Shown here: in pieces, positions 39,870 through 51,284 of the stretch
How the letters are laid out: the number at the start of each line of letters is the position of its first letter
Position numbering within the stretch: the first letter of the stretch is position 1
NCBI GenBank assembly: GCA_027078545.1
Contig: JALWXN010000001.1
Location: 22,312-86,311 of the forward strand
From: Nitrososphaeria archaeon
GTDB lineage: Archaea > Thermoproteota > Nitrososphaeria > Geothermarchaeales > JDFR-13
Length of the DNA stretch: 64,000 nt
Direction of reading: 5' to 3'
Program-made: the position numbers and the translations under genes
The notes under the pieces: model-generated
What the model was told of the DNA's origin: nothing
Seen by the model: only the letters and a program-made list of their open reading frames with translations
Databases searched by the model: none

Positions 39870-40862
39870 ATGGAAATGTCCCAGAGCAGCGTGATAAAGA
39901 TCCCGGAGAGGATTGTTAACCAGCTGTTGAAGGCCCATTATGGTGTGTATAACCACTCGACGGTGGAGGTATGCCACTGGACTAAGAAGAGTGTTAAGAA
40001 TGAGGGTGTATGCTACAAGAGGGTCTTCTACGGTATAGATAGCCATAGATGTATAGAGTTCAGCCCAGCCGGGATGATGTGTACAATGAAGTGTATATTC
40101 TGCTGGAGGCCCATGGAGTTTATGAAGAAGGTTGATATGGGGTTTGACGAGGTCGACGACCCCATATCCATAATGGATGGGTTGATGCGGGAGAGGAGTA
40201 GGCTGATGAGTGGCTATCCCGGCATGCCGGGGGTGGACTTCAGGAAGTTGGAGGAGTCTAGGGAGCCTACGCACTATGCTATCTCGCTCTCGGGTGAGCC
40301 CACCCTCTACCCCCGCCTACCCGAGCTTATAAAGTATCTGAAGAGCCTCCCATCAACAAGGTCTATCTACATAGTCTCCAACGGTCTCCAGCCAGACATG
40401 ATTAAGAGGATGATGGATGAGGATGCACTGCCTACACAGCTATACATCTCGATGTCGGCCCCTAATGAGGAGGTTATGAGGAGGGTGGATAAGCCGCTCT
40501 ACCCAGATGCCTGGAAGAGGTATATGAGGACGTTGGAGCTTCTGAGCGAGGCTGATACGAGGACTGTTATCAGGATGACTATGATTAAGGATGTGAATGC
40601 CCTAGACGAGTATGTCCCCGAGTATGTGGAGCTCCTAGAGATAGCTAATCCACACTTCATAGAGGTTAAGAGCTATATGCATCTGGGCTACTCGACTAAG
40701 AGGCTTAGGAAGTCGAACATGATGAGTATTGAGGAGATACGTAGATATGCGAGGAAGATTCTTAGGAAGCTCGACGGCTTCAGATACATGGATGACTATC
40801 CACCCTCGAGGATAGCCGTCCTACAGAACATGGTTAGATATGTGGATCGCTGGATACCCTGA
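39870..40862 (+). CDS. taw1: 4-demethylwyosine synthase Taw1/TYW1 (radical SAM)
   Basis: HSTVEVCHWT, CYKRVFYGIDSHRC, CxxxCxxCWRP, SLSGEPTLYP, EVKSYM. Confidence 0.93.
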   Translation: MEMSQSSVIKIPERIVNQLLKAHYGVYNHSTVEVCHWTKKSVKNEGVCYKRVFYGIDSHRCIEFSPAGMMCTMKCIFCWRPMEFMKKVDMGFDEVDDPISIMDGLMRERSRLMSGYPGMPGVDFRKLEESREPTHYAISLSGEPTLYPRLPELIKYLKSLPSTRSIYIVSNGLQPDMIKRMMDEDALPTQLYISMSAPNEEVMRRVDKPLYPDAWKRYMRTLELLSEADTRTVIRMTMIKDVNALDEYVPEYVELLEIANPHFIEVKSYMHLGYSTKRLRKSNMMSIEEIRRYARKILRKLDGFRYMDDYPPSRIAVLQNMVRYVDRWIP

Positions 40863-40912
40863 CAAGGAAAAACTAAATATATTTCATGGGTCATGAATTA
40901 TCCACGGTGTAG

Positions 40913-42721
40913 ATGTCCTGGGACGTGGATGAGTTTAGGAGGGGGATCCAGTTCCTCGAGAACCGGTTTAGAACCTCATTGGAGAGGGTGGAGGGCCGGG
41001 TAGATACATCACGACTCACCAGGAAGTTGGATGAAGAGGCTGCGAAGGACTATCTATATAGGCTGTGGGGCGAGGGCGAGTATACAGCGATAGGTATAGA
41101 CGGTAGTATGGATCACTCGGTGGCGCTGGACATCATAACGATGTTTATAGCAGTCGCCACTGCGGAGGCCAGGTTCACTGTTAGCCGTGACGGTATAGGG
41201 GTAAGCCTCGACGAGTCGGACATCTCTGCTAGGGAGAGTATCTATAAGGTTGTGCCCTACTCGTTGGAGGATTCTGTGGAGGCCAGTGGCTTCGGCTCAG
41301 CCCTGGAGGAGAGGTCTGTAAAGGGGACTATAGAGAGCATCCCCAACGCTGTTATGACTCTGGGTGAGTTCTACATAGCTAGGAAGTCGCTGGAGAGGGA
41401 GGATGTTAAGATCGTCTTCCTAGACAGGCCCATAGCCAGCACCTATGGTCCATACTCCAGGAATCTGAGGGAGCGTCTGGATAGGGATTGGGACTGGGTA
41501 TTCATAGACGAGGATGTTATGGGTGGAGAGGCTATCCAGCCGATCGATATCTACCTCACGCTACACATAGGTCCTAGGCCGGGATTCCTTGGGCTCCAGT
41601 ATATACCCGGCCAGAAGCTGGCCTATGTAGTCGACCGTATGCTGAGCCTGGCGGATGAGGATGGCATGGTTGATCTTAGGGAGCTTGGGAGGGTGATACC
41701 TACATTCCCCGGTATCGATAAGATTCTTAAACGTCTGGAGAGGAATCTGGGGAAGGAGCTATTCAACATGTTGGTTGAGGATGTGATGCATACCAGACTT
41801 GTCCTGGCAAGTGGTGTGAAGGACTACTGGACCCGTGTATCTAGGGTGTGCGACGAGTTTCTAGGTGAGCTATTCGGGGGTGGGGAGGTGGAGCACCCCC
41901 TATATGTGAAGGGTAGGCCTGTAACGGTGGCTGATCTAAGCCTCATAGGTATAGTGGAGATCTATAGGCTGGCCGAGATTGTTAGGGAGACGGATAAGCT
42001 GGTTATCGGGATGGGTAAGGATACTGCGGTTACAGATATAATACGGTCAGTAGCCCCATATCTAGGCGGTCTCAGGGAGGCTGAGCAGCTGACCAGGATC
42101 GCCAGGACGGATAGGAACCTATTCACATTGATATCCGCTAGGCAGCCTGAAGACCTACCAATACCCTGGAGATCGGTTGGATATGATAATGCTTTCTCGG
42201 CACTGGTATACAGAACGAGTCTAGAGGCCCCACGGGGCGGTATGCCTCCGCCACGCCTCCTGATAAGACAGTATTTCCAGCTTAGGGAGTGGGTAAAAGG
42301 TGGTGTCCGGATGAGGAGTCCGATATTCTTCTTCGACAGGTTCTACCTGCCCCATGAGCCCGATAACCAGTTTGTCAAGAAAATTGAGATAATCTTCAGG
42401 AAGAGGCGGCCTACAAAGGAGAGAAGGGAGGCTGTAGACATATATATAGAGGATGGGGAGGGAGGCGTAAACCCCCTCGACAACACGATCCTCTACATCA
42501 TCTCAAGGTTTGACAAGCCCCTCCCTCTGGAGGCGGCTGGACATAACTACCTCCTATTCCTAGCCGATAAGGAGGTGAAGCGGATGATCCGGGTTATTAG
42601 GGATAGGGTATCCCGCCTGATGGAGGGTAGGATCTACAGTATTATGAGGGAGTCGAAGACATTCATGCTCCCATGGAGGTTTAGGGAGTTCCGTGCAAGG
42701 ATTGAGCATAGGAGGCGGTAG
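40913..42721 (+). CDS. nurA: NurA-family nuclease
   Basis: AIGIDGS, VFLDRP, IGMGKD, GHNYLLFLADK; directly upstream of herA. Confidence 0.85.
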   Translation: MSWDVDEFRRGIQFLENRFRTSLERVEGRVDTSRLTRKLDEEAAKDYLYRLWGEGEYTAIGIDGSMDHSVALDIITMFIAVATAEARFTVSRDGIGVSLDESDISARESIYKVVPYSLEDSVEASGFGSALEERSVKGTIESIPNAVMTLGEFYIARKSLEREDVKIVFLDRPIASTYGPYSRNLRERLDRDWDWVFIDEDVMGGEAIQPIDIYLTLHIGPRPGFLGLQYIPGQKLAYVVDRMLSLADEDGMVDLRELGRVIPTFPGIDKILKRLERNLGKELFNMLVEDVMHTRLVLASGVKDYWTRVSRVCDEFLGELFGGGEVEHPLYVKGRPVTVADLSLIGIVEIYRLAEIVRETDKLVIGMGKDTAVTDIIRSVAPYLGGLREAEQLTRIARTDRNLFTLISARQPEDLPIPWRSVGYDNAFSALVYRTSLEAPRGGMPPPRLLIRQYFQLREWVKGGVRMRSPIFFFDRFYLPHEPDNQFVKKIEIIFRKRRPTKERREAVDIYIEDGEGGVNPLDNTILYIISRFDKPLPLEAAGHNYLLFLADKEVKRMIRVIRDRVSRLMEGRIYSIMRESKTFMLPWRFREFRARIEHRRR

Positions 42722-42723
42722 AT

Positions 42724-44490
42724 ATGGTAGGGGTAGGCATGGAGAATGAAACCCTGTTCGACGAGTTGGACGATAAGTTCGACGCTAGGATCGCGTACTA
42801 CACCGTGCAGAACCCTACTGATAAGGAGGGGAAGATGGGTGTCTAGGAGGGCCTTGCATATATAGTGGCGCCCTTCCAGATCGAGGTTTTTGACAGGCTA
42901 CACGACCCAATCCTCATAGGTGTTGAGAGGAGGTATAATGGAGAGGACTGGTTCATAATATTCGACGTAGCTGATATTATGCCGCTACACATGGAGATGG
43001 GGAGTGTTGGGGTATCCCTACCCTATAAGCTCCAGGAATATGTCCTGGAGAATATTGAGGAGAGCTGGTTCCACGAGGATGGGAATAACTGGATGGCTGT
43101 CCGGGCGGTGAACACTGGCTACCTGATAAACAGGGATAGGGTGGTGATGAGGAAGCTCTTGACACCCCTCGCGGGTAGTAGGGCGCACCTCCTATCGGCA
43201 TCGACCTATCAATACCTCGTTAATAAGGAGGGCAGCTATACAGTGGAGGTCGGCAGGGTGAAGGGGTATGGCGTCCCGGCCAGGATAGATATAAGCACCC
43301 TACATAGATACCATACAGGGATATTTGGCTACACCGGTACGGGGAAGTCCAACCTAACCTCCAACCTCCTCAGGAAGATTATGGATACCGTGGATGACCT
43401 AGTAGCCGTGGTCCTAGACATTACGGGGGAGTACCCGATAAACATCATCGATATGCTTGAGAGGTATGGGGTGATCTATCTAGACCCCTCCACACCTATA
43501 GACAGTTTTAGGGAGACGGTGGTCTATCCGGAGACCCTCCAGCAGAGGATGGCTGGGGAGGGGCTGGATCCCAGGATTGTACGGGATATACTCATGAAGA
43601 TCCCCACCAAGAAGCTCTACCTAGAGGATGATGAGGTGACGATAGAGTCGGTGATCGGTGAGATCAACTCGGTTCTGCGTGATGCTGATAAGCTTACCCT
43701 GGATGGGCGTGTAAAGCTTATGGAGCTTGTGAGGAGCCTCTACGAGATGGATAGGAGGATGGATCTGAAGACCTTCAAGGAGAAGTATGGAGATATGTAT
43801 CAACACGTCCTAGATACCCTGAGAGAGGTGGCTAATCCGCTAAACCAGAGAAGTACCGTGAGGATCAAGCTTGAATCACTAATTGCGTTGATCGAGGAGC
43901 CTCCAGAGCAGGTTGAGAGGGATTATGAGACTATCAGGAAGTTTGCCCGTCGGATCCTATATCATGGGGAGGAGCGGCTCTACCTCCTCTACATACCGGA
44001 GGACTTCTTGGCGAGGGAGTATATAGCCAGGCTGATCGACGAGATCTTCCTCCTGAAGAAGACGGCCGGCCTGGGTAGGAAGGTGTTGTTCGTGGTTGAT
44101 GAGGCGCATGAATTCATATCCCGTGAGACTAGGGGTGCTAGGAACATGGATCGTTCTAACCTTGCTCTTGAGAAGCTCTTTAGGCAGGGGAGGAAGTATG
44201 GGGTTGGTGGCTGGATAGTGACCCAGCGTGTCGCCCATCTAAACACGAGTATTATGCAGCAGCTCCACACATACTTCGTCTCCACCCTGCCCAGGACATA
44301 TGACAGGTCTGTAGTTGCTGACGCCTTCTCCATCAGTAAGTCGATCATAGATAAGGTGCAGGCTTATGATATGGGGGAGTGGCTATTCATGAGTCATGTA
44401 GCCACTAAGTATAAGAACATACCTGTCGAGGTTAGGACCGATAATAATGAGGACTATGTCTTGGACTGGTTACTAAGCAAGAAGGCATGA
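42724..44490 (+). CDS. herA: HerA-family ATPase/translocase with in-frame TAG at 42844-42846
   Basis: [37 protein letters not shown]; the frame extends 47 codons upstream of 42865 through one TAG to ATG 42724. Confidence 0.85.
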
Positions 44491-44610
44491 GAGCCATGTT
44501 ATTAGACCTGGCTAGACCCCATTGGAAAACATTTGGTATATATCCGCTTTTTATAGACATATATCCTAAGACCTTTAAAACTTATATATTTTCAGAGACG
44601 TGATAAGTAT

Positions 44611-45048
44611 ATGCCCCCCGATGTATGTGTAACTGGAGCGGGGGGGGGGCAGGGAGTATTGAGGGATGAGCCTATGCCCGAGAATAAGGATCCTGTTTCT
44701 AATCCGTCTTCCTTGGTGGAGAAGGTGCGTGTCCTACTTGACCAAGCTGAGTGTGTCGAGTACAGGCCGGGGTCTGTCTGCCGCGTTATCAGGCTGGGCT
44801 CCAGCGAGCTGGATGAGGACTATTCCTATTACCTGGCGTACTATGAGGATGATGGCTCGATAACGGTTACTCTGAAGAAGCATAAGAACCAGTCGAACTC
44901 CTTCGCTGTCTTCAAGATTACGGATAAGATTCTGGAGCTGGAGACTAAGGATAGTTTCCTGGAGAGGATGGGGAAGATATATGATATCCTTGCTGGCCTA
45001 GCGAGTAGGATTGGTGTAAAAAAGGAGTTTGAGGGTGATCTTATCTAG
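44611..45048 (+). CDS. Hypothetical protein with a G10 tract near its 5' end
   Basis: ORF downstream of a TATA-like element (about 44574-44590); an alternative internal ATG exists at 44673. Confidence 0.6.
   Translation: MPPDVCVTGAGGGQGVLRDEPMPENKDPVSNPSSLVEKVRVLLDQAECVEYRPGSVCRVIRLGSSELDEDYSYYLAYYEDDGSITVTLKKHKNQSNSFAVFKITDKILELETKDSFLERMGKIYDILAGLASRIGVKKEFEGDLI
44640..44649 (+). repeat. G10 homopolymer
   Basis: Ten consecutive G; longest mononucleotide run noticed in the window. Confidence 0.9.
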
Positions 45049-45050
45049 GG

Positions 45051-47672
45051 CTAGGCTACTACGCAGGCCGACCATCCACACTCTAGACATGTTATACAGC
45101 CCTCGGCATGGCTCAGCATCTTGCTGCCACATTCTGGGCAGGTCTCATACTTGTGGCTGGTCTTTGTCCCGCCGTCCTCCTCGCCGGTGGTTATCTGGAG
45201 TGTTGGCTGCTTCGGCCTGGTCTCCTCGCCCATGTTGGGCCTCTCTATGCCTAGCTTCTCTAGGAGTTCTAGGGTCTTGTTCTGGACCACTACCATGTAT
45301 CTACCCGTCCTCTGGCTAGGTGTTACGAGTACCTGTACACTCTTGCTCCCGTCTCTGTAGATGGTTATACCCTTTACTCCTAGGCGGTAGCTGAATAGGT
45401 ATGCCTTCTCGACGTCGTCCACCGATACCCATGAGGGCATGTTTATCGTCTTGCTTATCGACTCGGTTATCCATAGCCCTGCCTCATACTGCATCCTTAT
45501 GTGGTCCCACCAGGGTATGTCGTAGGCTACTGGGAATGTCTTCTTCAGGTCTTCTGGTACGTCGTTGAGGCCCTGTAGACTCCCGCCGTTGTCGGCTATC
45601 TTCTTGAGGAGCTGCTCGTCGTAGAGGCCCCTCTCCTTCAGCTGCCTCTCGAACTCTATATCGGTGTAGAAGAATACTCCTACCGATACTCTCTTCTCAT
45701 ATACTAGGGCGAATATCGGCTCTATCCCTGAGGATACGTCTACTATCATTGAGATCGAGCCTGTAGGTGCGATGGTGGTTACGCCCACGTTCCTCACTCC
45801 ATACTTCATTATCTCGTTCCTAAGGGAGTCCCAGTCTAGTGTCCAGAGCTCCCTCCTGTAGAAGCCCGCAACCGGCATCTCTCCCTCCTTGTAGCTGCTC
45901 TTATCGTATAGTGGGTATGTCCCCCTCGTCCTGGCTCTCTCGACACTCTTCTTTAGGGCGTAGTATGTGAGGTGCTCGGTTATCTTCCTGGTGAACTCGA
46001 ATCCCTCCTCGCTGTTGTAGGGTATTCCTAGGGCTGCTAATGTGTCTGCCAGTCCCATTATCCCTAGGCCTACCCTCCTAAGATTGTTGGTCACCTCCTC
46101 GATCTTCTTGATTGGGTATTTATTGACATCTATCACATTGTCTAGGAACTCGTAGGCCTCCTCTATCGTCTTGTGGTATGCGTCCCAGTCGAACCATGCC
46201 TTCCCATTCTCGTCGAACCTTACGAAGGCGTATAGGTTTATGCTGCCTAGGTTGCAGCTCTCATATGGGTATAGGGGCTCCTCGGAGCATGGGTTTGTAC
46301 TCCTTATTAGGCCTAGTGACTTCTTCATCACGTTGTGGGCGTTTATCCTGTCGAGGAAGAGTAGGCCTGGGTCTCCAGTCTTCCAGGCGTACTCGGCTAT
46401 CATCCTGAATAGCTGCCTCGCCCTCACCTTCCTTACCTTCTCCCCGTTCCTCGGGTTTATAAGCTCGTACTCCCCGTCCTCATCAAGCCTACGCATAAAC
46501 TCGTCGTTTAGCATTACGGATATGTTGAAGTTCTCTAGGACACCCTCCTTCTCCTTTGAGGTTATGAACTTCTCTATGTCTGGGTGCCACACCTCTAGTA
46601 TACCCATGTTGGCGCCTCTCCTCTTGCCTCCCTGCTTTATCACGTCTGTTATCGTGTCTATGATCCTCATGAAGGATACTGGTCCGCTGGCTACTCCTGA
46701 TGTGGATGATACTATGTCTCCCTCTGGCCTCAGCTTACTGTAGTTTATGCCTACTCCCCCGCCGCTCTTGAATATCATGGCTGCGTCCTTGGCCGCGTCC
46801 ATTATGCTCTCTAGGTCGTCCTCCATGTCTAGTACGAAGCATGCTGATAGCTGTCCAAGCCTCGTGCCTGCGTTGAAGAGTGTCGGGCTGTTGGGTATGA
46901 ACCTCTTACTTACCATTAGGTTGTAGTACTGGAGATACTTGTCTAGATATTTCTGGTGCCATCCAGACTCCAGCTTCTCGAGGAACTCGCTCCACGAAAT
47001 CTTCATCTTGCCCTGGCTGTTCAGCCTGTCGTATAGGCTCTTCATCCTGTCTAGGTGGTACTTGTTCCATGTGACCTTCTCACCGTCGGGTAGGGTGAAT
47101 CCATACTTGCCTTCGTAGAGCTCTGGGTCGAAGTCCTCTCTTGGGAAGGGCTGGTTGCCGCCTTCTAGGCTGAAGATCTCTGGGTCGTAGAGGAGGTCTG
47201 CTATGACGATGTCCATGGCCACTCTCTGGAACATCTGTTTGGGTGACTCGATTATCCTGCCCTCCTCATCCTTCAGGAGGTATCTGCTGGCTAGGAGCCT
47301 TATGGCGTTTAGGCTTAGGCTCTTATCGACCTCGTCCAGCTTCTCCTTACCCAGTATGAGCATCTTCTCCCGCCTTATCCTCTCCCTCTCCTTCCTGTAG
47401 AGTATGTAGGCCTTCGCCACCTCGTAGAGGTCGTGCTTGACTAGGCTGAGCTCGACTATGTCCTGGATCTCCTCCACAGTGGGTATCCCGCCGTCTCCAT
47501 ACTTCTCGTCCAGGATCTTTAGGACGAGCTCTACGACCTTCCTATGCTTCTTGGGGTCGTACTGCTTAACAGCCTTCATAGCCTTCATTACTGCGTTCTC
47601 AATCCTCTTAACGTCGAAGTCCACTACCCTGCCGTCCCGCTTCACAACCTTCGAGACCCTGATGCGCATCAT
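45051..47672 (-). CDS. nrdJ: Class II (adenosylcobalamin-dependent) ribonucleotide reductase with ATP cone
   Basis: VVKRDG ATP cone, [42 protein letters not shown]-terminal Zn ribbon. Confidence 0.95.
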   Translation of the reverse strand: MMRIRVSKVVKRDGRVVDFDVKRIENAVMKAMKAVKQYDPKKHRKVVELVLKILDEKYGDGGIPTVEEIQDIVELSLVKHDLYEVAKAYILYRKERERIRREKMLILGKEKLDEVDKSLSLNAIRLLASRYLLKDEEGRIIESPKQMFQRVAMDIVIADLLYDPEIFSLEGGNQPFPREDFDPELYEGKYGFTLPDGEKVTWNKYHLDRMKSLYDRLNSQGKMKISWSEFLEKLESGWHQKYLDKYLQYYNLMVSKRFIPNSPTLFNAGTRLGQLSACFVLDMEDDLESIMDAAKDAAMIFKSGGGVGINYSKLRPEGDIVSSTSGVASGPVSFMRIIDTITDVIKQGGKRRGANMGILEVWHPDIEKFITSKEKEGVLENFNISVMLNDEFMRRLDEDGEYELINPRNGEKVRKVRARQLFRMIAEYAWKTGDPGLLFLDRINAHNVMKKSLGLIRSTNPCSEEPLYPYESCNLGSINLYAFVRFDENGKAWFDWDAYHKTIEEAYEFLDNVIDVNKYPIKKIEEVTNNLRRVGLGIMGLADTLAALGIPYNSEEGFEFTRKITEHLTYYALKKSVERARTRGTYPLYDKSSYKEGEMPVAGFYRRELWTLDWDSLRNEIMKYGVRNVGVTTIAPTGSISMIVDVSSGIEPIFALVYEKRVSVGVFFYTDIEFERQLKERGLYDEQLLKKIADNGGSLQGLNDVPEDLKKTFPVAYDIPWWDHIRMQYEAGLWITESISKTINMPSWVSVDDVEKAYLFSYRLGVKGITIYRDGSKSVQVLVTPSQRTGRYMVVVQNKTLELLEKLGIERPNMGEETRPKQPTLQITTGEEDGGTKTSHKYETCPECGSKMLSHAEGCITCLECGWSACVVA

Positions 47673-47903
47673 GTCTGCTCCACCTCATTGAAACGTGAAG
47701 GTGACGCTGAGGGTGGTTGAAATACCCTCCTAAGTAAATATGGGCTTGATCAGGGATATAACGTGTTTATAGGCCTCTGTTGTTGCCGTGTTACGTTTTT
47801 CAGGGTAATAGGCACACGTCGATACTGAAATTTTCATCCAGCTGTTATAGGGTTTTTAAATGATTTCCAGGCTGTACGGGAATCGTGTGTGACCGGATAC
47901 AGA

Positions 47904-49232
47904 TCACCCTATCAGCCCAGCCTTGAGTATTGCTTCGTATACCTTCCTGCTCCTCGTGATCATTGAGGCCGCCCTTTCCCATAGTTCCTGTCTGCTCGGC
48001 TTCTCCCTTGCTACTCCTTGTTTAATACTCTGTAATGCGGCTGCTACTGCCATTCTTGGGTATACCTCCCATTCATCCATCCTTGGGACTATGTATTCCT
48101 CATGTATACCCTTCTCCTCTGCGAATCTCGCTATCTCCTGGGCGGCTGCTATGCACATCTCGTCCGTCACCGTCTTTGCCCTGACGTCTAGGACTCCCCT
48201 GAATATTCCTGGGAATCCTAGGCTGTTGTTGATCTGGTTTGGGAAGTCTGATCTGCCTGTTGCCACTATCCTTGCCCCTGCCTCCTTGGCGTCCCATGGC
48301 CATATCTCTGGTATGGGGTTGGCCGTCGCGAATACTATTGGGTCGTCCGCCATTAGGCGTATCCACTCCTTCTTGATGGTGTCTGGCCCTGGCTTCGAGG
48401 CGCCTATAACTACATCGGCTCCTCTGAAGGCGTCCTCCACCTTCTCGATATGCTCTGGGTTGGTCATCTCTGCCAGCCTGTATTTCCATGGGTTCTTCTC
48501 CACCTCTAGGATGTCCCTCCTCCCCGCGTGGATCACTCCCTTGCTGTCTACTAGGTACATCTTCTTTGGGTCTGCCCCTGCAAGTATCAATACCTCAGCA
48601 GCCTTTGTATTGGCTGCCCCGACACCGAATAGGACTATCTTTACCTGGCTCAGCTTCTTACCCACTATCTTCAGGGCGTTTATCAGGCCTGCCAGTATGA
48701 CTGTGGCTGTCCCCTGCTGGTCGTCGTGCCAGACAGGTATCTCGAGCCTCTTCCTCGCCTCCTCCAGTATGTAGAAGCATTTCGGCTTCTCGATGTCCTC
48801 TAGGTTTATCCCTCCGAGGCTCGGCTCCAAGGCCTTTAGTATGTCTAGGAACCTGTCCGGATCCCTGGCGTCTAGTGCTATTGGGAAGGCGTCTACCCCT
48901 CCTAGGTATTTGAACAGTAGGGCCTTACCCTCCATAACCGGTAGTGAGGCCTCGGGCCCTATGTTTCCTAGGCCCAGTACTCTTGAGCCGTCTGTTATGA
49001 CTCCTACTGTGTTCCACCTGTTTGTGTAGTCGAAGGACTTGTCGGGGTCTTGTGCTATTATCTTTGATACTGCGGCTACCCCTGGTGTGTACCATATGTC
49101 GAAGTCGCTTAGGCTCTTGATCGAGCATTTAGGTATAATCTCTATCTTCCCCCCATACTTCTTGTGTAGCTCGGGGGCTATTCGGCCGGGCCTCTCGGCC
49201 TTCTCCATCAACTCCCTTATCTTCTCATCCAT
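47904..49232 (-). CDS. NAD(P)-dependent malic enzyme
   Basis: YTPGVA, GLGNIGPEASLPVMEGKA, NLEDI, HDDQQGTA, ATGRSDFPNQINN. Confidence 0.95.
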   Translation of the reverse strand: MDEKIRELMEKAERPGRIAPELHKKYGGKIEIIPKCSIKSLSDFDIWYTPGVAAVSKIIAQDPDKSFDYTNRWNTVGVITDGSRVLGLGNIGPEASLPVMEGKALLFKYLGGVDAFPIALDARDPDRFLDILKALEPSLGGINLEDIEKPKCFYILEEARKRLEIPVWHDDQQGTATVILAGLINALKIVGKKLSQVKIVLFGVGAANTKAAEVLILAGADPKKMYLVDSKGVIHAGRRDILEVEKNPWKYRLAEMTNPEHIEKVEDAFRGADVVIGASKPGPDTIKKEWIRLMADDPIVFATANPIPEIWPWDAKEAGARIVATGRSDFPNQINNSLGFPGIFRGVLDVRAKTVTDEMCIAAAQEIARFAEEKGIHEEYIVPRMDEWEVYPRMAVAAALQSIKQGVAREKPSRQELWERAASMITRSRKVYEAILKAGLIG

Positions 49233-49318
49233 CTATATGCACCGTATAGAAGCTAGATATACACCTCTATTGTATGGGGTGCTTGTATAAATAGTATAGG
49301 CTGGGCCGGGACAACTGG

Positions 49319-49807
49319 TTAGGCCTTACCCATATGTATCCTGGCTATGAAGTCTTCTAGGCTGCTGCTGTTGATGAGGGTCTCGAGGGCCTCCATGGGG
49401 CCGAGCCTGTCCACTGCCTCCTGGAAGGCTTCTAGGAGGAGGGTCTGTCTATAGGTGCTGGGGCCGCATCCCCTGGCTCTCCAGAAGATGTTCGACGCCT
49501 CTTCCAGCCTCTTCCCCAGGTATATGAGGTAGGCTATGGCTACTGTCCCAGTCCTTCCACATCCTGCTCGGCAGTGGAGGTATACCTTCTCCCCCCTGGA
49601 TCTGGCCTCGTCTATCTCCTTTATGGCTAGGCCTATGTTCCTGACCGGCTCCACGTCGAAGTCTGTTATGTGTAGACACCTCTCCCTGGGCTTGTTGGGA
49701 GCTGTGGGCTTCGCCCCACAGTCTAGTGAGACTATCCTGTCCACCTCTATGTCTAGGAGTATCTTGCCTGGCCCCACGTAAAGCCCTGGCACGAGCTCTA
49801 CTGGCAT
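49319..49807 (-). CDS. Dual-specificity/protein-tyrosine phosphatase
   Basis: HCRAGCGRTG (HCx5R). Confidence 0.9.
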   Translation of the reverse strand: MPVELVPGLYVGPGKILLDIEVDRIVSLDCGAKPTAPNKPRERCLHITDFDVEPVRNIGLAIKEIDEARSRGEKVYLHCRAGCGRTGTVAIAYLIYLGKRLEEASNIFWRARGCGPSTYRQTLLLEAFQEAVDRLGPMEALETLINSSSLEDFIARIHMGKA

Positions 49808-49860
49808 GTTAAAAAGTAGGGGCTGTAAATCTAATAATGGCTTAAAGGGCTTGGCCAGGG

Positions 49861-50088
49861 GTGTGGCTGGTGAGGAAGGTCTCTATAGAGATTCCGGAGA
49901 CTCTTTATAGGAGGCTCGAGGCCCTAGCAGGGAGGATAGGCGCTGGGTCTGTGTATGAGCTTGTTGTGGATCTCCTGAGGGAGGGTGTCTCCCGGCTGGA
50001 GGAGGATCTGGACTCTGGGCATGAGCTTAGTGAGGAGGAGGTTAGCCGTATCAGGGAGAGGCTTAGGAGCCTCGGGTATCTAGACTAG
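49861..50088 (+). CDS. RHH/CopG-like small protein with C-terminal LRSLGYL tail
   Basis: KVSIEIPETLYRRL (RHH strand-helix); ELSEEEVSRIRERLRSLGYLD. Confidence 0.8.
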   Translation: MWLVRKVSIEIPETLYRRLEALAGRIGAGSVYELVVDLLREGVSRLEEDLDSGHELSEEEVSRIRERLRSLGYLD

Positions 50089-50098
50089 GTGTCTACCT

Positions 50099-51247
50099 AT
50101 GGTTAGCCGTCCCCATGGGGGTAGGCTGGTCAGGAGGGTCCTGCCTAGGGATAGGTTGGAGGATATCCTCCGGGATAGTAGGGGGCTGCACCAGCTGGAT
50201 GTTGATGACACTATCTATAGGGATCTCGAGAACATAGGGTATGGCGTCTATAGCCCCTTGACAGGCTTCCTCGATAGTGTGGAGCTCGAGAGTGTCCTGC
50301 TTACCATGAGGCTGTCCAACGACCTTCCCTGGACAATCCCTATAGTACTGGATATCGATGAGGAGGCAAGAAGGTCGATAGGTATTGGCGATACGGTCCT
50401 ACTTAGGTATGGTGGACAGCCCGTGGGGCTCCTCATGGTTGAGGAGGTCTACCGTTACGACAAGAGGCTATATGCGGAGAAGGTGTTCAAGACTACTGAC
50501 CCGGCTCACCCAGGTGTCGCTAGGGTGATGTCTATGGGGGACTACTTGGTAGGCGGGTCTGTCGAGTATATCCCGATGGTTAGGGATGGCTATGAGGACT
50601 ACTTCCTCACACCTATGGAGACCCGTGTACTCTTCAGGGAGAGGGGCTGGGAGACTGTTGTTGCCTTCCAGACTAGGAATGTCCCACACCTTGGGCATGA
50701 ATATGTCCAGAAGACCGCCCTAACCTTTGTCGACGGCCTCTTCATAAACCCTGTGATCGGTAGGAAGAAGAGGGGGGACTTTAGGGATGAGGTTATCCTC
50801 GAGGCTTATAAGACGCTTATAAACAGGTTCTACCCGAGGGGCTCCGTAGTCATGAGTATCGTTAGATATGCTATGCGCTACGCAGGGCCCCGTGAGGCTA
50901 TCCACCACGCGGTTATGAGGAAGAATTTTGGGGCTACCCACTTCATAGTTGGTAGGGATCATGCCGGGGTGGGTAACTACTATGGGAGGTATGAGGCCCA
51001 GGAGATCTTCTCAGAGTTCCCCGACCTAGGTATTACCCCGCTCTTCTTCAGGGAGTTCTTCTACTGTAGGGGGTGTGGAGGAATGTCCAACGAGAAAATA
51101 TGCCCACATGATAGGGATCTCAGGATCTATATCAGTGGTACGAGGATTAGGGAGAGCCTCTCGCGGGGCGTCGTTCCGCCTGGGGAGATGATGCGTAGGG
51201 AGGTGGCTGAGACGATACTCTCCTTCGAGAACCCCTTCGTGGAGTAG
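50099..51247 (+). CDS. sat: Sulfate adenylyltransferase
   Basis: PHGG, YSPLTGF, FQTRNVPHLGHE, YAGPREA, VGRDHAGVG. Confidence 0.96.
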   Translation: MVSRPHGGRLVRRVLPRDRLEDILRDSRGLHQLDVDDTIYRDLENIGYGVYSPLTGFLDSVELESVLLTMRLSNDLPWTIPIVLDIDEEARRSIGIGDTVLLRYGGQPVGLLMVEEVYRYDKRLYAEKVFKTTDPAHPGVARVMSMGDYLVGGSVEYIPMVRDGYEDYFLTPMETRVLFRERGWETVVAFQTRNVPHLGHEYVQKTALTFVDGLFINPVIGRKKRGDFRDEVILEAYKTLINRFYPRGSVVMSIVRYAMRYAGPREAIHHAVMRKNFGATHFIVGRDHAGVGNYYGRYEAQEIFSEFPDLGITPLFFREFFYCRGCGGMSNEKICPHDRDLRIYISGTRIRESLSRGVVPPGEMMRREVAETILSFENPFVE

Positions 51248-51284
51248 TATCGAGTCTTTATCCCCCTAGCCAGGCTATACATAG

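Noticed and set aside
42844-42846. Genome-wide amber reassignment (pyrrolysine) as the explanation for the herA TAG
   Set aside because: TAG is a frequent true stop in this window (alba, rpo6, tbp, sat, nurA) and no pyl genes are visible
45051-47672. Inteins in RNR, Lhr or ligase
   Set aside because: Protein lengths are normal and no splice-junction or LAGLIDADG motifs are seen
47673-47903. Cobalamin riboswitch upstream of nrdJ
   Set aside because: Only a short GAGGGT/ACCCTC hairpin (about 47709-47729) is seen, with no recognizable B12 box; an Infernal scan would be needed
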